From Bacilli bacterium (GTDB lineage: Bacteria; Bacillota_I; Bacilli_A; RF39; UBA660): a stretch of DNA of 64,000 nt. A program made the translations under genes and the position numbers. Position 1 is the first letter of the stretch, and every line of letters begins with the position of its first letter. The stretch spans positions 6,650 through 70,649 of the forward strand of contig JAFXXX010000021.1 of NCBI GenBank assembly GCA_017542065.1. The letters run 5' to 3'. The notes beneath the pieces were generated by a model. That model saw only the letters and a list, made by a program, of their open reading frames with translations, had not been told where the DNA came from and ran no database searches. Below are positions 1 to 8,053 of this stretch, piece after piece.

Positions 1-219
1 ATACGTGATTATAAATCATGTCTATTAGATTTAACTAAAAAAGAAAGAGATGTTATGCTTCTTTGGTTTGATAGAAATATGGAACATTCATATACTGCTG
101 AAGAAATCGGAATAGCATTAGGTATGAACCCAAGAACAGTTAAATCAACTAAAGATAAAGCATTAAAGAAAATTAAAGAAAATCCTAGAATGAAAAAGTA
201 TAGAGGATATTTAGGATAA
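1..219 (+). CDS. sigma-70 family sigma factor, C-terminal fragment (5' end outside window)
   Basis: Frame 1 is open from base 1 to TAA at 217-219. The translation ...LTKKERDVMLLWFDRNMEHSYTAEEIGIALGMNPRTVKSTKDKALKKIKEN... looks like a region-4 HTH. A hairpin terminator follows. Confidence 0.6.
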   Translation: MRDYKSCLLDLTKKERDVMLLWFDRNMEHSYTAEEIGIALGMNPRTVKSTKDKALKKIKENPRMKKYRGYLG

Positions 220-220
220 T

Positions 221-248
221 AAAAAAACAGAGTTTAACTCTGTTTTTA
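221..248. terminator. bidirectional rho-independent terminator
   Basis: A-run, CAGAGT, TTA loop, ACTCTG, T-run. It sits between the convergent sigma fragment (+) and the 567-aa gene (-). Confidence 0.6.
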
Positions 249-1949
249 TTTTTCTTCTTCCTTATTATCTTCTTTTTTCTCTTTTGCTTTTAAAGTCTTT
301 ACTAAAGAATTCATTTCTCCTTGGATTTCTCCAATTTCTTTGTTTGACTTTTCTTGTTGTTGTTTGTACTCTGCATATTGCTTATTAAATTCTTCTTGTT
401 GTTTTTCAAATGCTTCTGTTGCTTGAGTTTTTGCATTATATAGTACATTTAATCTTGCAGTTAAATCCTCTAATTTCTTATAATTTTCAGAATCTTCTGG
501 AGATATTCCAATGCTTCCGTCATCAGGAGCATAAACTGATACATTACGATCTATTTTTTCATCTCTATTTAATATAATACCGCCTGCTCTTTTGAATGTA
601 GGATCGTAGTTTTCTTTAATATATTTTTCAATATCCTTAACTTCTCCAGCCTTAGTAAATATTTCTTCAATATTTAATTTTGGTCCCTCTTTTCTACTTA
701 TATATATGCAATAGAAATTACCACCATCTATTGGAGATTTATCACTTGGTAATATATATACTTTAACACTTTGTGATTCTCTAGAAATAAATTCTTCTTG
801 TCTTTTTGATGCGTATCTTACTTCTTCAACATAATAAGCAAGTTTTGGTAATTTTGCAATCTTATAATATAACACTTGATATACAGATGCATTTATATTT
901 GCAATATCACTACTTTCACTCTCTCTAATTGCTAGGCAATACTTAAGAGATATATTATTAATTTCTGCTTGAACCTCAGGTGTATCTAAGCTTGCACCAT
1001 TTAATAATAATAAAGTTAAATTATTAAACCATTCCCCAGGCATTGTTTTATCATTCTTTGTAATAATAGAGTTTCCTGATAAATAACCTGTAATTCTTGA
1101 TAAAGAAAATCCTGTAGGCATTTCACTAATTCTATTAGCTCTTCCAATTGAAGCCATTATTCTTTCATGTTCTTCTTTATAGATTTCTAAAGTTCTGGCA
1201 TTCTTTGCTCTTAATTCTTCTATTAATAATCTTAAATTAAAATCCTTTTCTAATAGACCTAAAATAAATTTTCTTCTAACATCATATCCTTTAGCAAAAA
1301 ATGGATATACTAAATTTGAATTATTCCAAAATTTTGCTTCTAATATTAAAAGTACTTCCTCATCATCAAAAGAATAACCTTCAATTAATTTTTCAGCAAG
1401 AAGTTTAACATCATTAGTTGATAGTTTACCTCTAAGCGCAGGTTTTAATGCATTTATCAATAAAATAGTAAGATTACTATTATTAATCTTAGGTAGTTTC
1501 TTTGTTGAATCTGCTTTTCTAATTTGTTCCATAACGATATTATGTCTTGCTAAAGCATTAGGTTTAGATAATTCTCTAAACTTTTTATCATAGTCTCTAA
1601 TATCTTTTATGTAATTATGAAGTCTTCTACTAGTAAATGTAAATTCTGTTCTACTTTTTATTCCTTCAGTTGAAACACCTGAATATCTTAATTCATGGTC
1701 TAAATCTGCTTTAAAGCTATCAGTATTAATATAATTTTCGTCTAAAATTAATGCTGTAACAATTTCATTTTTTAAACTATCAATACCTATTTCATCTATA
1801 GGCTCTACCCCAAAATTAAGTTCTTGACATAAAACTTTCTTTAATTTGTTGGTAGTTATCTTAGATGGTAGTGTTGAAATAGTTGTTGCTTCAGCTAAAG
1901 CATTTTGATATTTCTCATGTCTTTTTATCTCTTTTTCTTCTTCAGTCAT
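246..1949 (-). CDS. hypothetical protein, 567 aa, C-terminal Gln/Glu/Lys-rich coiled coil
   Basis: Long ORF with SD AAGGGGGA upstream and its own TGGTATAAT promoter at 1980-1988. I recognise no family motif. The last ~90 aa are heptad-like (KQQEEFNKQYAEYKQQQEKSNKEIGEIQGEMNSLVKTLKAKEKKE). Confidence 0.7.
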   Translation of the reverse strand: MTEEEKEIKRHEKYQNALAEATTISTLPSKITTNKLKKVLCQELNFGVEPIDEIGIDSLKNEIVTALILDENYINTDSFKADLDHELRYSGVSTEGIKSRTEFTFTSRRLHNYIKDIRDYDKKFRELSKPNALARHNIVMEQIRKADSTKKLPKINNSNLTILLINALKPALRGKLSTNDVKLLAEKLIEGYSFDDEEVLLILEAKFWNNSNLVYPFFAKGYDVRRKFILGLLEKDFNLRLLIEELRAKNARTLEIYKEEHERIMASIGRANRISEMPTGFSLSRITGYLSGNSIITKNDKTMPGEWFNNLTLLLLNGASLDTPEVQAEINNISLKYCLAIRESESSDIANINASVYQVLYYKIAKLPKLAYYVEEVRYASKRQEEFISRESQSVKVYILPSDKSPIDGGNFYCIYISRKEGPKLNIEEIFTKAGEVKDIEKYIKENYDPTFKRAGGIILNRDEKIDRNVSVYAPDDGSIGISPEDSENYKKLEDLTARLNVLYNAKTQATEAFEKQQEEFNKQYAEYKQQQEKSNKEIGEIQGEMNSLVKTLKAKEKKEDNKEEEK

Positions 1950-2000
1950 ATTATTTTTTCCCCCTTAAAAAGTAGCAGTATTATACCATAAAAGCGCAAA

Positions 2001-2033
2001 AAAAGCAAAAAATCAGAGGTTACTCTGATTTTT
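2001..2033 (-). terminator. rho-independent terminator after murD
   Basis: Minus strand reads AATCAGAG-TAAC-CTCTGATT followed by TTTTGCTTTTTTT. The stem overlaps the murD stop codon. Confidence 0.55.
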
Positions 2034-3375
2034 CTAATTCTTTTACTAGTTGTTTAAACTCTGCTCCTCTTACTTCACATTCTTTATATTGATCCCATGA
2101 AGCTGATCCTGGAGACAATAGTACTACAGAATTTGGAGTAGTCATATCATATAATGGTTTAAATCCATCTTTTTGAAATTCATATACAATTGTTGGAATA
2201 CCTAATTTGTCTCCTAATTCTTTTACTCTATTTCTACATGTTCCAATAGCTAGAATACCTTTAACATTTTTCATATATGGAATAAGGTCTTCAAATTCTT
2301 GTCCTCTTTCCATTCCACCTAGAATAATAAACGTATCTTGATCAAATGAAGATAATGCTATTTGAGTACATTTAATATTGGTAGCTTCTGTATCATTATA
2401 GAATCTTCTAGTATTTACTTCACCACAGAATTCTAGTCTATGTTCAACACCATTAAATGAAGATACTACTTTTTTAATTACTTCTGATGGAACATTATAC
2501 TCTTTTACTATAGTAATAGCAGCCATAACATTTTCAACATTATGCATACCTGCTATTTTAATATCTGATCTACTTAAAACAAATTCGTCATAGTAATAAA
2601 TATCATTACCTACTAAATAAGTTCCATCAACTTTCTTTTTAGACGAGAAATATTTCTTAGTAGACTTAATATCTTTAGTTTCATTTAATACATCTTCATT
2701 ATCAGCATTAAGTATTGCTATATCATCACTTGTTTGATTAGCAAATATTTTTGCTTTAACTCTTTTATAGTTTTCATAACTCTTTAAAAAGTCTATATGA
2801 GCAGGACTAAAGTTAGTAATTAACCCTACATTTGGTTTATATTGACTCATATTTTCTAATTGCTGACAACTAACTTCCATTACTATATAATCTCCTGCTT
2901 TAACTTTACCAATTAAGTCAATCATAGGATAACCAATATTACCTGTTAAATATACTTTTTCTTTATAGTATTCTTTCATGATTTCGTAAGTTAAAGTAGT
3001 TGTAGTAGTCTTACCATTAGTTCCAGTAATACTAATTAAATTTACTCCTTCAGGTAATAATCTAAAAGCCATTTCTGCTTCATTAATTACTTCTACTCCT
3101 AGAGTTCTAGCTTTTAATACATATTTATGATCTATAGGAACACCTGGATTCTTAATTAAATAATCAAATGAATCATCAAGTAATTCATCAGGATGAGAAC
3201 CAAATACTAGTTTAACTCCTAAACTTCTTAATTCTTCTACTTGATTCTTATCTTGTTTTTCTTCATCTTTATTATCATTTAATATAACTTCATTATTATG
3301 ACTAATTAAATACTTAGCAGCAGCAAACCCTGATCTAGCTAAACCAAGTATTAATACTTTTTTATTTTCAAACAT
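2020..3375 (-). CDS. murD: UDP-N-acetylmuramoylalanine--D-glutamate ligase
   Basis: N-terminal Rossmann-type KKVLILGLARSGFAAAKYL, Mur ligase P-loop ITGTNGKTTTTTL, and typical MurD length (451 aa). Confidence 0.9.
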   Translation of the reverse strand: MFENKKVLILGLARSGFAAAKYLISHNNEVILNDNKDEEKQDKNQVEELRSLGVKLVFGSHPDELLDDSFDYLIKNPGVPIDHKYVLKARTLGVEVINEAEMAFRLLPEGVNLISITGTNGKTTTTTLTYEIMKEYYKEKVYLTGNIGYPMIDLIGKVKAGDYIVMEVSCQQLENMSQYKPNVGLITNFSPAHIDFLKSYENYKRVKAKIFANQTSDDIAILNADNEDVLNETKDIKSTKKYFSSKKKVDGTYLVGNDIYYYDEFVLSRSDIKIAGMHNVENVMAAITIVKEYNVPSEVIKKVVSSFNGVEHRLEFCGEVNTRRFYNDTEATNIKCTQIALSSFDQDTFIILGGMERGQEFEDLIPYMKNVKGILAIGTCRNRVKELGDKLGIPTIVYEFQKDGFKPLYDMTTPNSVVLLSPGSASWDQYKECEVRGAEFKQLVKELEKSE

Positions 3376-3413
3376 TTTTTATACACCTCTAAATAATTAT
3401 ATCAAATATATTA

Positions 3414-3446
3414 CATAAAAAAAGAATAATCTTAGATTATTCTTTT
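3414..3446 (-). terminator. rho-independent terminator after the lipoprotein gene
   Basis: Stem AAGAATAATC/GATTATTCTT with a 3-nt loop, followed by a T-run on the minus strand. Confidence 0.5.
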
Positions 3447-3945
3447 ATTTACATGTATATCCTTCCATGTTTTCACTAACAAATTCATCAATAGTTACAT
3501 TACGTTTTGTGTAGATTTCTCCATCTTCATTTAATGAACCAAAAGCTTCTTTAACTTGTTCTTCATTAATTTTATCAAAGTCTGCAGCTATTTTCATAAC
3601 AAGTGTACTGTCATCTTGTTTAACATAACTTGCATCTATTCCATCTAGTTTATCTATTTCTTCAACTATAGAATAACTAAATGAATATACCCAGTCTACT
3701 ATTGTAGGATCCATTGCCATAACTTCTTCTGATTCTACTTTATTTACTTTTTTAGAAGTATAAGTAATTACATATTTGCTAGTAGACTTATAACCATCTT
3801 CATCTACTTCTTCTTTAGTACAAGTCATAGTTTTCTTAGTATCAAAAATACTCTTTTTCTTACCTGTACCACCTTTAGTACTTCCACAACCAGTAATTAA
3901 AAATACTGATAATAAAACTAAAAATAATATACCAATCTTTTTCAT
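3445..3945 (-). CDS. lipoprotein (YehR/DUF1307-like by overall pattern)
   Basis: Signal peptide plus lipobox MKKIGILFLVLLSVFLITGC. It is 166 aa, has an AGGAGG SD, and starts 15 nt downstream of the preceding gene. Confidence 0.75.
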   Translation of the reverse strand: MKKIGILFLVLLSVFLITGCGSTKGGTGKKKSIFDTKKTMTCTKEEVDEDGYKSTSKYVITYTSKKVNKVESEEVMAMDPTIVDWVYSFSYSIVEEIDKLDGIDASYVKQDDSTLVMKIAADFDKINEEQVKEAFGSLNEDGEIYTKRNVTIDEFVSENMEGYTCK

Positions 3946-3960
3946 ATAATCCTCCTATTT

Positions 3961-5007
3961 TTAAAATGGTAATTTACCTTCATAAACATATATCCATGAA
4001 TAATTATCACTTATGTTTACTAAGTCATTGCTAAGATTTACTTTTATTAATTGTTCCTTTATTTGATCAAATTGTTTTTTAGAAATAGTCTTTTGAATTA
4101 TTTTATCTTCTCTAACTTCTAGTATTCCCATACCTGCCCAGAAGTCTACCATTGATGATGAATTAGATGCTAGATGAAGCCAAGCTTCACCGCCAGCTCC
4201 TAAACCAAATGATCCAAGAAGAGGAATCAAATTATCTTTTTCAAAATACTCTTTACCTCTAAGTTCATAATCTATATCTAAGAAAGATTCATTTAATGTT
4301 ATAGATTCATATGTAAACTTATTTCTTTCTTCTTCTGATATATTAGTTAAATCTTCTTTACCGTTCCACATTATATTAGTTTCTGCTCTTTTTAATCTAA
4401 TTTCTTTTTCTTCTTCTGGTAAAGCATCAAATCTTGCTTTTACTTCAGGCAAATAATCATACATCTTTTTAAGCAGTTCATCTTTATCATAAAAATCTCT
4501 AGCAAGTACTACACTTAAATCAATTGGATAATTTACTTTACCATTTATATAATCAATTAAAGATTTAAATGCTTTATTATATTTATCCATACCCTCTTGA
4601 GGAGTGTTATTCATATATGTTAAAGCAACTTCTTCTGATTCAAATTCTATTTTAGTTCTCTTATCTTGTGACTCAGCTATTGGTAAAACATATTCTATTA
4701 AATATTTAATTGTAAATATTTCTGCCCAATCTGGTTCAGGATAAGTTGGAGCCCAGAAATGTTTATATCCTCCAAAACAAAAACAAAACAAGAATTCTAA
4801 ATCATTATTTAATATAGTATCTACTTTATTTTCAGTATATTCTTTAGCAGCATCAAATTGTGCTTTACGAGACCACTTTCTAGAAAATAGTCTATTTAAT
4901 ATTCCTTCTTTTAAAGTATCTCCCTCTAAAGGATTAGTATTAATATTATTAAAATTAAGTAATTCATTATTAATATAATCATTTACTCTCTTTTCTAAAT
5001 CACTCAT
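3961..5007 (-). CDS. hypothetical protein, 348 aa (possible distant DIT1/PvcA-like fold; see findings)
   Basis: Long ORF with SD GTAGGTGGA and its own TGTTATAAT extended -10. No TM segment or signal peptide. I cannot assign a family with confidence. Confidence 0.75.
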   Translation of the reverse strand: MSDLEKRVNDYINNELLNFNNINTNPLEGDTLKEGILNRLFSRKWSRKAQFDAAKEYTENKVDTILNNDLEFLFCFCFGGYKHFWAPTYPEPDWAEIFTIKYLIEYVLPIAESQDKRTKIEFESEEVALTYMNNTPQEGMDKYNKAFKSLIDYINGKVNYPIDLSVVLARDFYDKDELLKKMYDYLPEVKARFDALPEEEKEIRLKRAETNIMWNGKEDLTNISEEERNKFTYESITLNESFLDIDYELRGKEYFEKDNLIPLLGSFGLGAGGEAWLHLASNSSSMVDFWAGMGILEVREDKIIQKTISKKQFDQIKEQLIKVNLSNDLVNISDNYSWIYVYEGKLPF

Positions 5008-5053
5008 ATATCCACCTACATAAGTTAATTATAACATAAAAACTATTTTAAAG

Positions 5054-5084
5054 AATAAAAAAATGGAGTCACACGGCTCCATTT
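5054..5084 (-). terminator. rho-independent terminator after the SIS-like gene
   Basis: Minus strand reads AAATGGAGCC-GTGT-GACTCCATTT followed by TTTTTTT. Confidence 0.6.
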
Positions 5085-5085
5085 A

Positions 5086-6102
5086 TTATAGTTTTCCTCT
5101 ATATTTATAAAGAGGTAGAACTAGTTCTTTTTTATAATTTGGTTTAGTTAAATCTTTATTATTATCTTCTGCAATTTTCTTAGATAAATAATACATTTGT
5201 AATATTAAGTAAAATTCTTTTACAAAATAACATTCATCTAAATCATCAGTATTAAATTCATAGACCTTATCACATTCTCTAGGTAAATTATCCAATAATA
5301 ACTTATCAAGTTCATTCTTTTTATGTGATAAATATATCACTGGTGTATCTCTACTAACTAGTGTACTTCTTCCATGACAAAATGATCCTTTATCATGAAT
5401 AATAGGAGCACATAATCCTGCTTCTACTAAATTTGATTCTAAAGAACTACAAGCACATCTAGTATCATATCCACTCATTATATGAACTATTTTCTCGTCT
5501 TTAAACGAATATGGTAAATTAGATATTTTATCTTTGCAAAGATTTATTAAACGGGATACTAATTTATCTACTTCTTGCATTTCTTCTTTAATTATTCCTT
5601 TTTCATATCCGCCCAAAGCAAATATTGTATCTAACATAAGAACTATTGGCCCTAAACTTGAAGCAATTGATATAAAACTATTTTCTTTTTCATATGAATC
5701 ATTACCCCAAGTAATAACATCAAAATCTCTATCTTGTTTATTTTCACATACTAAAAACTTTTCACCTTTAAAACTGTCTAATGCCTCATTAACACCATTA
5801 GTATTTCCACTAGCAGATATTACAGCTAATCTAGAAAAACTATCAATATCATATCTATGAAAATAATCTCTTGGTTCTATAACTTGAGATATTAATCCTT
5901 TGCCTCCATAAGCCTCTACTAACATTTGTAAATAATATGCTACTACTTTTGAACCTCCAGTAGCCATTATTAATGATGTTCTATCTCCTACAACTAAACT
6001 ATATATTAATTCACTCATATCATTTGCATTCTTTTGGCTTGAATTAATAGCAAGCAACCTACTTTCTAATTTATCAAAATTAGTTTTTGTATTTTCTAAC
6101 AT
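5086..6102 (-). CDS. double SIS-domain-like protein (sugar-phosphate isomerase/binding family)
   Basis: The N-half has an SIS-like pattern LIMATGGSKVVAYYL ... LAVISASGNTNGVNEAL. The C-half has a second flavodoxin-like repeat IVHIMSGYDTRCACSSLESNLVEAG. At 338 aa it resembles the GlmS-C/FrlB/AgaS architecture. Confidence 0.55.
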   Translation of the reverse strand: MLENTKTNFDKLESRLLAINSSQKNANDMSELIYSLVVGDRTSLIMATGGSKVVAYYLQMLVEAYGGKGLISQVIEPRDYFHRYDIDSFSRLAVISASGNTNGVNEALDSFKGEKFLVCENKQDRDFDVITWGNDSYEKENSFISIASSLGPIVLMLDTIFALGGYEKGIIKEEMQEVDKLVSRLINLCKDKISNLPYSFKDEKIVHIMSGYDTRCACSSLESNLVEAGLCAPIIHDKGSFCHGRSTLVSRDTPVIYLSHKKNELDKLLLDNLPRECDKVYEFNTDDLDECYFVKEFYLILQMYYLSKKIAEDNNKDLTKPNYKKELVLPLYKYRGKL

Positions 6103-6112
6103 AAAAATACCT

Positions 6113-6142
6113 CCTTCCTTGTTTTAATACTAACAAGGAAAG
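6113..6142 (-). promoter_or_regulatory. hairpin sequestering the Shine-Dalgarno of the SIS-like gene
   Basis: Minus strand reads CTTTCCTTGTT-AGTATTAA-AACAAGGAAGG, immediately followed by AGGTATTTTTATG. The 11-bp stem (one G-U pair) contains most of the AAGGAAGGAGG SD. Confidence 0.4.
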
Positions 6143-6162
6143 AGGCAATATATACGTCAGTT

Positions 6163-6789
6163 TTAAAATTTTATATTTATTTTTTTAGGATCAAAAGTTT
6201 CAGGTAATATTTCACAATCTAAAATTCTTTTTATATGAAATTGTCTCATATCATCTTTTTCTTCCCAATAAGATGAACACCACCATTCATCCTGAAATAA
6301 ATACATTCCTAAAGGATAAATTGTTCTAACTGATTCCCCATGTTGTAAATTATAATATCTTATTCTTACTTTACTATGATTTCTAGTAGCTCTATTAAGT
6401 TTATTATAAACATTTAATTCTTTATCATCAGTAATAACGATATCATTAGTATTTTCTCCTTTTAAAATATTTGATGTAATCTTTTTTTCTATACTAGTTA
6501 ATCTCTCTTTAATTTCAAAATCTTTAGTTTTTAAAATACACTCTTTAATAATATTTACATCACTATTATCAAATAATAAATAAGGAATATTAATATGTTG
6601 ATTTAATACATAACCTCCATATATACCTTTAAGAGTCTCTATATAAATACCAGATTTTTCAAGTTCATCTTTATAAATTCGTATCATTCTAGGTGATACT
6701 TCAAGTAAGTCAGATAATTCTTGAATACTATATTTTTTACCAGTACTTAAGTATTCTAACATAAGAATAACGTTACTTGTTTTAGACAT
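6163..6789 (-). CDS. HTH + WYL domain transcriptional regulator
   Basis: N-terminal DeoR/HTH_11-like VILMLEYLSTGKKYSIQELSDLLEVSPRMIRIYKDELEKSG. C-terminal WYL-like VRIRYYNLQHGESVRTIYPLGMYLFQDEWWCSSYW. A TGATATAAT promoter lies upstream. Confidence 0.75.
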   Translation of the reverse strand: MSKTSNVILMLEYLSTGKKYSIQELSDLLEVSPRMIRIYKDELEKSGIYIETLKGIYGGYVLNQHINIPYLLFDNSDVNIIKECILKTKDFEIKERLTSIEKKITSNILKGENTNDIVITDDKELNVYNKLNRATRNHSKVRIRYYNLQHGESVRTIYPLGMYLFQDEWWCSSYWEEKDDMRQFHIKRILDCEILPETFDPKKINIKF

Positions 6790-6842
6790 ATAGAATCAAC
6801 TCCTGTAAATTATTATATCATACAAAAATTATTTTATAGCAT

Positions 6843-6936
6843 AAAAAAAGCGGACCCATAAGGGTCCTTCAGGGGGTTTGGTTCACTTTTACAAAAACCA
6901 GTAAAAGTGAGCATAACTTTTATCTTGTTATGCTAT
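6843..6936 (-). ncRNA. candidate small RNA (~90 nt) with C-rich single-stranded tract
   Basis: Minus strand carries TTGACA (6969-6964), a 17-nt spacer and TACTAT (6946-6941). Hairpins follow at 6911-6933 and 6883-6910, then unpaired ACCAAACCCCCUGAA, then terminator GGACCC-UUAU-GGGUCC GC U7 (6843-6867). Confidence 0.3.
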
Positions 6937-6974
6937 ATTTATAGTAAAACATTTTAATACTTTTGTCAATTTGT

Positions 6975-8045
6975 TTATCTTACTTTATTATGAGAATTTA
7001 CAAATTCTTTGTATTCATTATCAAAGAATCCATAATCAAATTTTATTGATAGAATTCTATAAACTGCATCATCAATTCTATCCATAGTTATTAGTCCATC
7101 ATTAACAGCATTATATAAAGTTTCATAAGCAACATTTATATTTTGAGGCATTAATAACATATCATTCCCCGCCTCTGCGCATCTTAAATATATTTCTCTT
7201 TCAGTGAAGTTTTTTGCTAATGCTCCCATCTTTAATGAATCTGTTACTACTATACCTTCATGTCCTAAATCTTTCTTTAATAAATCACTTATAAGAAACT
7301 GAGACATAGGTGCAGGAGTATTATTCCCAGTTACTTTTGGAACTGCTAAATGACCAATCATTATACCTGGCAACTTTTGATTAATTGCTTCAACAAAAGG
7401 AATTAAATCAAATGCTCTTAGTTCATTTAAATCTTTCTCTATTGATTGTAAATCTATATGAGTATTACCTGATACTGCGCCATGACCTGGGAAATGTTTT
7501 CCAACAGCCATAACATTTCCTTCTTTTAGGCCTTTTGCAAAAGCCATAGATAATCTTTTAACAACTTCAGGATTAGGTCCAAATGATCTATCTCCTATTC
7601 CTCTAGATGTTTCAGGATTAGTAACAATATCTAATACAGGAGCCATATCCATATCTACTCCAAAAGTTTTTAATTCTTCTCCTACTTTTTTAGCAAGTTC
7701 AAATATTTCTTCTTCAGACATAGTCCCAGCAATTTCTAATGCTGAAGGTAATCTAGTTAATCCAACATCAGCAAGTTTTTGTACTCTACCACCTTCATGA
7801 TCAGCAGCTATAATAGGTTTAACTTCTCCCATATCTTTTATATCATGTAAGAATCTACTCATAGTATTATAATCACTCATGTTACTTCTAAAAACTATAA
7901 AACCACCAGGAGAATATTTAGTTAATACTTTTTCTAAATCTACTGTCATTTCTTTAGTATCCCTATAATCGATAAATAACATTTGACCAAGTTTATTTTG
8001 AAGTGACATTCTATCTAGTTTTTGTTTTAAAAACTCTTCTTTCAT
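6975..8045 (-). CDS. nagZ: beta-N-acetylhexosaminidase, GH3 family
   Basis: GH3 N-terminal domain motifs DHEGGRVQ, KHFPGHG and VVTDSLKMGA. It starts 8 nt after the recG stop. Confidence 0.85.
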   Translation of the reverse strand: MKEEFLKQKLDRMSLQNKLGQMLFIDYRDTKEMTVDLEKVLTKYSPGGFIVFRSNMSDYNTMSRFLHDIKDMGEVKPIIAADHEGGRVQKLADVGLTRLPSALEIAGTMSEEEIFELAKKVGEELKTFGVDMDMAPVLDIVTNPETSRGIGDRSFGPNPEVVKRLSMAFAKGLKEGNVMAVGKHFPGHGAVSGNTHIDLQSIEKDLNELRAFDLIPFVEAINQKLPGIMIGHLAVPKVTGNNTPAPMSQFLISDLLKKDLGHEGIVVTDSLKMGALAKNFTEREIYLRCAEAGNDMLLMPQNINVAYETLYNAVNDGLITMDRIDDAVYRILSIKFDYGFFDNEYKEFVNSHNKVR

Positions 8046-8053
8046 ATATCCTC

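Noticed and set aside
3391-3420. A partial match to the XerD arm of the Firmicute dif site (TTATGTAA on the minus strand) lies in the murD promoter region.
   Set aside because: Only about 8 nt match. The XerC arm and the proper central region are absent, so this is most likely chance in AT-rich DNA.
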